Assembly (NCBI RefSeq): GCF_001548275.1
Contig: NZ_AP014945.1
Location: 990,001 to 1,022,000, forward strand
Direction: 5' to 3'
DNA length: 32,000 nt
Origin: Caldimicrobium thiodismutans
GTDB taxonomy: Bacteria > Desulfobacterota > Thermodesulfobacteria > Thermodesulfobacteriales > Thermodesulfobacteriaceae
The notes below the pieces were generated by a model. The model had not been told where the DNA came from, made no database searches, and saw only the letters and a list, made by a program, of their open reading frames with translations. Each line of letters starts with the position of its first letter. Positions within the stretch are counted from its first letter, which is position 1. This document shows, piece after piece, positions 28,037 through 32,000 of the stretch. The translations under genes were made by a program, and so were the position numbers.

Positions 28037-28792
28037 TTAAGCAGAAAAGATTTCCTTGAGAAAACTCAAGCTTTCCTTTTCTTTTAATCTTTCTTTGATT
28101 TCGTAAAGGAGTTCTCTAAAGGTTTTTCCCGGGAAAACCTCTTTGCGATAGAGATTTCCCACCCAGGCTCTTAAATCCTTTTCTTCAGGTAGAAGGGGAA
28201 GTTCCTCAAATTCTACATTAGAAAGAAGATAAGGGGGTATTTCATCAATCTTTCCTTTTTTGAGATCTGAGAGAAATTTGAGGAGATCAAAGATATTTCC
28301 ATAAAGGCCATAAAGCTCAATATTTTCCACTATTTGAAGTGCAATAAGTCCCCTAAGATAGAGTTCCTGAGAAAGTTCTGCTTGCTGAAGAGGGCTGCAT
28401 TTTTTAAATGAGACCATAATTCTACACATAAGGGGCCTTCTCTCATAAACAGAACAGAGCCCCTCTTCATTTAAAAAGGGACAGGGATGAAGTTCAGCTT
28501 CTTCGGGGGGAGGAGGTTCTTCCCCTGAGAAATAGAGAAGGGCAGTCTGATTGTGGGTTAGCCCTGGGCGAGGAAGGAGATTTTCATCTATTTCAAAGGT
28601 AATCCCCTCTGGCAAGCCCTCAAGTAAATATTTAGCTTCAAGAGAGGTTGCATAAATTCTTGTTGTGCAGCAAAGATTACAACCGGGTGAGCAGGCAAGC
28701 TCATATCTTGAAAAGGTTTTATCCAGATATTCATAAAGAGCTATAAGGAGCGCCCTTTTTTCTTCCTCACAGGAAAAGAGATCAACAAGAAT
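28037..28792 (-). CDS. YkgJ/UPF0153-type Cys-cluster (putative Fe-S or Zn) protein, with a proposed ATT start
   Basis: The C-terminal half carries HPCPFLNEEGLCSVYERRPLMCR. The family-defining N-terminal cluster ACSPGCNLCC is encoded in frame upstream of the first canonical start (TTG 28615). A perfect AGGAGG sits 6 nt before ATT 28792, and a strong promoter lies just upstream. An in-frame TAA is 10 codons upstream of that ATT. Confidence 0.7.
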   Translation of the reverse strand: MLVDLFSCEEEKRALLIALYEYLDKTFSRYELACSPGCNLCCTTRIYATSLEAKYLLEGLPEGITFEIDENLLPRPGLTHNQTALLYFSGEEPPPPEEAELHPCPFLNEEGLCSVYERRPLMCRIMVSFKKCSPLQQAELSQELYLRGLIALQIVENIELYGLYGNIFDLLKFLSDLKKGKIDEIPPYLLSNVEFEELPLLPEEKDLRAWVGNLYRKEVFPGKTFRELLYEIKERLKEKESLSFLKEIFSA

Positions 28793-28819
28793 AGAAAACC
28801 TCCTGAGTTTGTTGATTTT

Positions 28820-28847
28820 ATTTTAAAAGATACCTCTTTCTTGTCAA
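28820..28847 (-). promoter_or_regulatory. Candidate sigma70 promoter of the YkgJ-like/pyrK/pyrD/hslO operon
   Basis: Minus strand: -35 TTGACA (28847-28842, perfect), 16-nt spacer, -10 TAAAAT (28825-28820). The predicted TSS is ~20 nt upstream of the AGGAGG. Confidence 0.5.
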
Positions 28848-28861
28848 GCTGTGAATATATT

Positions 28862-29867
28862 CCAAATTTGCCGATAGAAGTTCCAAAATTTAGATACTAT
28901 CAAGCTTTTGGTCTTCTTTTGCTCTTTCAGTTATCCATTGAGGGAAATTTTATGCTCTTTTACCGGTCTTTTACAATGTTTTATCTCATCTAATCAGCCT
29001 CTACCCCTTTAATCTTCTTAAATTTGCCTGTTTTAAAAAAACACTACCCCCTCCTATTCCTTCCATCTCAATCTCAGCTCTTTGTTATGTATCCCTTTTA
29101 TCCTGATAATTCTGCATGCCTTAGCCTTATCTTTTTATAAAGTATAAACTTCTCTACCTCTGCATATATCTTCAGACACAGCCTCCGGGCATGTTTTACT
29201 ACCTTGCCAGCTACCTCTATGAAAATCCACCTTATGCTCTGAATTGTCTTTGTCCTCATAGACTCCGGTAATACAAAATACTTCTTCATGACAAAGCTAT
29301 TGTAGGCAAGCACTCTACTACTTCCTCTGCAGGACATTCAAGGTCTGTTGCTATGCAGTGATATTTATATCCATCGCTGAATAAATCCCTTTGCCCTGCC
29401 CTCCACCTTATCACTATAAGTCTGAAACTGAATTCCAGCTTGTTCATTGCTTTAGGCATGCTTTATCCTCTTGCCATCAGGTAATAGGCTGTAAGGCTTC
29501 ATTATTGACTCCATCACATTGCCAATTGCATTGCCCTGCCTCCTTATCCAATCCCCTACTGTTGAAGGTGAAGGTATCTTCTTCATGCCTGTGAGTTTCC
29601 TTAGTCCTTCATCCTCTATTATCTCCCTCAACTCTTCTATGTGCCTGCCACCTCCTATAAGCATCAATAATATAGGCTCTATATATTGCCATGCCTTGTA
29701 TCCCCTGTTTGAACCAGGCTCTGGCATATGCCTCTCCATGGCATCCTTTATCCCAAAGGACTTTAAAAACTCTGACCAGATGGCTACTGGGTGATATTAT
29801 ATCATCCAGAAAACTAAATACAAAAGGAGGCTTTTGCATTTTTGATTGTTTCTATCGGCAATTTAGG
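28862..29867 (-). mobile_element. Internally deleted IS1380-like insertion sequence (about 1 kb) that retains both terminal inverted repeats
   Basis: The terminal IRs are CCAAATTTGCCGATAGAA (28862-28879) and the reverse complement of TTCTATCGGCAATTTAGG (29850-29867). They differ by a 1-nt offset and a few substitutions and begin with CC. Inside are only N- and C-terminal transposase fragments in different frames. Confidence 0.7.
29098..29839 (-). pseudogene. DDE transposase pseudogene (IS1380/IS4-like), frameshifted and internally deleted
   Basis: There are three fragments. 29839-29609 encodes MQKPPFVFSFLDDIISPSSHLVRVF. 29739-29452 encodes GSNRGYKAWQYIEPILLMLIGGGRHIEELREIIEDEGLRKLTGMKKIPSPSTVGDWIRR, the N-terminal region of this transposase type. 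29337-29098 encodes TIQSIRWIFIEVAGKVVKHARRLCLKI, the typical C-terminus. The catalytic DDE core is missing. Confidence 0.7.
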
Positions 29868-29882
29868 GGACGCAGACACTTC

Positions 29883-29911
29883 TTTACTTCTTTTTTGAAT
29901 AGGGTTATAAT
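29883..29911 (+). promoter_or_regulatory. Candidate sigma70 promoter for the EncFtn-like gene / lptD
   Basis: -35 TTTACT (29883-29888), 17-nt spacer, -10 TATAAT (29906-29911). It lies ~35 nt upstream of the ATG, and GAGGAGGTG sits in between. Confidence 0.4.
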
Positions 29912-29947
29912 TTTCTTAAAAAAATTTTTTAAATGAGGAGGTGGGTT

Positions 29948-30247
29948 ATGCTTTCTAAAATACCCTTTGATCTTGAAAGGATTGATGAGGAGGATCTGGA
30001 TCGTCAGATTTTAAGGATTGCCATTGTGGCTGAGCTTGATGCCATAAACCTCTATGAACAACTTGCCAGTCTTACAGAGGACGAAAATTTAAGGGCCGTT
30101 CTTTTAGATGTGGCCAGAGAGGAAAAGACCCATGTGGGAGAATTTATGGAGATGCTTCTTAGAAAAGATGATGAACAGGTTGAGGAACTTGAGGCAGGAA
30201 GAGAAGAGGTAGAAGAAATCCTTGAAGGGGAAGAAGAGGCAGAATAG
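29948..30247 (+). CDS. Encapsulated-ferritin (EncFtn)-family ferritin-like protein; no shell gene is adjacent
   Basis: 99 aa from ATG 29948 (SD GAGGAGGTG). ILRIAIVAELDAINLYEQLA...LLDVAREEKTHVGEF matches the EncFtn two-helix di-iron motif (E...Y...E..H). From memory it also closely resembles the N-terminal domain of the Pyrococcus furiosus encapsulin. The C-terminal tail is acidic. Confidence 0.8.
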   Translation: MLSKIPFDLERIDEEDLDRQILRIAIVAELDAINLYEQLASLTEDENLRAVLLDVAREEKTHVGEFMEMLLRKDDEQVEELEAGREEVEEILEGEEEAE

Positions 30248-30266
30248 AAAGGGATTATCTCAATCT

Positions 30267-32000
30267 TTGAAAAGTAAATTTTTCTTTTTTCTTCTTTGTT
30301 TATTATTGTTTTCATATTTAAGAGGTTCTCTTTATGCCTATCCAGCGGTAAAAGCTTTAGAACTTACAGCCCAAAGGGTTGAAGTTCTTCAAGGTGGGAA
30401 AAAGGTCTATGCTGAAGGGGACATCATAATTGAAAGGGAGGGCTATCTTCTTTATGCTGGAAGTTTAACTTATGAACCGGGAACGGAGCTTTTAGAGGTA
30501 TCCAATTTTAAGCTCTTTGATCTTACTCAGAATGCAACCCTTCTCGGGGAAAAGGGACAATTTGATTTAAGAAATGGTGAGATCTGGAGTTCTAAGATCT
30601 TTATCTATTACAAAAAAGAGGGATTCAAGATAAAGGCCTGGAATTTTTCTAAAAATGCCCTTAATGAATACTATGCTGAGAGAGCCCTCATCACAACCTG
30701 TGAGCTTGATTGTGAAAAGGAGGAGTTTCCTCCCTGGAGTGTGGAAGTCAAAAATATAGTTCTTACTCCAGAAGGGATTTCCACTGCAGATGCAACTACT
30801 TTCAGAGCAGGTAAAGTTCCTCTTCTTTATCTCCCTAAAAAGATGTTTTTACCCAGGGTAAGTCTTCCCATTTTTGAACCCCGAAAGGCTGGTTTTTTAC
30901 CACCAGGAATCACTCAGGGTAGTAGGCTTGGTTTTGGTCTCCAAATTCCCTATTTTTTACCTCTCACAGATCAGATTGATTTTACCATTGCTCCTCTTTA
31001 TACAACTAAGAGAGGTCTTATCTGGGATTTAGAAAATCAATTGGCTTTAACAGAAAATACTAAAAGCTTAATAAGGGTGCGCTATCTCAGGGATACTAAA
31101 AGAGGAGAGTATGCTACCGAGGAGGCCCCTAAAAATCGTTACTGGATCACCGGAAAAGTTGATATCTCAGCTGCGAAAAACTGGGATCTACACTTAGATC
31201 TTGATTTTCTTTCGGATAAAGATTTTCTTGAAGAGTTCAATGTGGGGGAGGGTAGTTTTGATAATATCAAGAAACTTTATCTTGATAGATTCAACCGAGA
31301 TGTGGATGATAAAGCCCAGGACTTTCGCACCTCAAGTCTCTGGTTCCAGTATTTTAAGCATAGTCTTTATACCCGTTTGCAGAGTTCCTACCTTGATTAC
31401 AATGGAGCTGGAAATAAGAAGGAAGTTCTTCAACCCTTAGCAGGTTTTCATCTTTCCCTTCTTCCCTTCCAATTTAAGGGTATTATTCCAGCCCTCAATC
31501 TTGATTATAATTATTTTTATAGAGAAACAAATTATTATGGTAATAGATTTGGTCTAAATCTTGAGGCCAGTTACCCTTTTTCCTATCAATTTTTGAAAAG
31601 TGAGGTCAAAGTAAATTATAAGAATTATCTTTATTTATTGGAGGATTCAGGAAATTTTACAGACAAATCCTTGCATACCAATCTCTTTGAGCTCTCTTTG
31701 ACCACCTATACTCAACTTTTTCGCACCTTTAGTCTTGGTGAAGGGGCAAGACCCTTTCAATTCCAACATATCCTTAAACCCTATTTGACCTTTTTTTATC
31801 GGAAAAAAATAAACGGAGATTTCCTACCCACCTTTATGTATGAAGATTATCTAACAGAAAAGGCTAAGGCTATAGAATATGGGATCTGGCAGTATTTTAA
31901 TCTGGCTAATCAAAAGAACTTTTTTGTTCTGAGGGCCTATCAACAATATGATTTTACTAAGGCTGAGAGATCTGCAACGGCAACCAAACCTGAGGAAAGG
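30267..32000 (+). CDS. lptD: LPS-assembly outer-membrane protein LptD (OstA), 5' partial; continues beyond the window
   Basis: This frame stays open to the window end and is absent from the ORF track because it has no stop. The TTG at 30267 gives the signal peptide KSKFFFFLLCLLLFSYLRGSLYA. OstA-N-like region YAEGDIIIEREGYLLYAGSLTY. LptD core motif LPIFEPRKAGFLPPGITQGSRLGFGLQIPYFLPL. The exact start is uncertain. Confidence 0.8.
   Translation, partial: MKSKFFFFLLCLLLFSYLRGSLYAYPAVKALELTAQRVEVLQGGKKVYAEGDIIIEREGYLLYAGSLTYEPGTELLEVSNFKLFDLTQNATLLGEKGQFDLRNGEIWSSKIFIYYKKEGFKIKAWNFSKNALNEYYAERALITTCELDCEKEEFPPWSVEVKNIVLTPEGISTADATTFRAGKVPLLYLPKKMFLPRVSLPIFEPRKAGFLPPGITQGSRLGFGLQIPYFLPLTDQIDFTIAPLYTTKRGLIWDLENQLALTENTKSLIRVRYLRDTKRGEYATEEAPKNRYWITGKVDISAAKNWDLHLDLDFLSDKDFLEEFNVGEGSFDNIKKLYLDRFNRDVDDKAQDFRTSSLWFQYFKHSLYTRLQSSYLDYNGAGNKKEVLQPLAGFHLSLLPFQFKGIIPALNLDYNYFYRETNYYGNRFGLNLEASYPFSYQFLKSEVKVNYKNYLYLLEDSGNFTDKSLHTNLFELSLTTYTQLFRTFSLGEGARPFQFQHILKPYLTFFYRKKINGDFLPTFMYEDYLTEKAKAIEYGIWQYFNLANQKNFFVLRAYQQYDFTKAERSATATKPEER

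Noticed and set aside
30248-32000. Expectation of an encapsulin shell gene downstream of the EncFtn-like gene
   Set aside because: The downstream open frame translates to clear LptD/OstA motifs rather than an HK97-fold capsid-like protein. The upstream side is an IS remnant and a YkgJ-like gene. No shell gene is in this window.

Overview
This window is a tightly packed, mostly housekeeping chromosomal segment. Nearly all genes lie on the minus strand. The host looks like an AT-rich diderm bacterium, because LptD and a CsgG-like outer-membrane protein are present. It is probably a thermophile: rnpB is conspicuously GC-rich against AT-rich coding DNA, there is an inositol-phosphate synthase, and there is a Pyrococcus-like EncFtn homolog.

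Called genes, in order: MFS-4xCBS transporter, engB, RNase P RNA, a small membrane protein, a fused TIGR03960/DUF2344-type radical SAM protein, DUF429, mreB, an SLT transglycosylase, a small Cys-rich protein, folK, an LL-DAP-type aminotransferase, inositol-3-phosphate synthase, gyrA, plsC, trpG, trpE, hisS, a CoADR-rhodanese fusion, a secreted rhodanese, a CsgG-like protein with an extra C-terminal domain, a NIT-HAMP-GGDEF-EAL protein, hslO, pyrD, pyrK, a YkgJ-type Cys-cluster protein, an internally deleted IS1380-like element, an orphan EncFtn-like ferritin, and the 5' part of lptD. I saw no CRISPR array, tRNA or rRNA.

The main unexplained signal is a three-copy intergenic repeat family (3250-3474, 11821-11976, 22731-22838). 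Each copy starts a few nt after a stop codon, has conserved imperfectly complementary termini and a purine-rich 5' module, and has a variable hairpin core. Its G-U pairs point to a minus-sense RNA. Copy 1 carries a nested multi-hairpin GC-rich cassette.

Secondary observations:
- Two genes have conserved N-termini upstream of any ATG/GTG/TTG. The YkgJ-like gene has a strong case for an AUU start; the case for folK is weaker.
- The EncFtn homolog has no shell gene nearby.
- Three domain fusions look unusual: MFS-CBS, CsgG plus a beta-sandwich domain, and CoADR-rhodanese.

I found no clear multi-gene novel system such as a defence island. All homology calls come from motif recognition by eye and need database confirmation.
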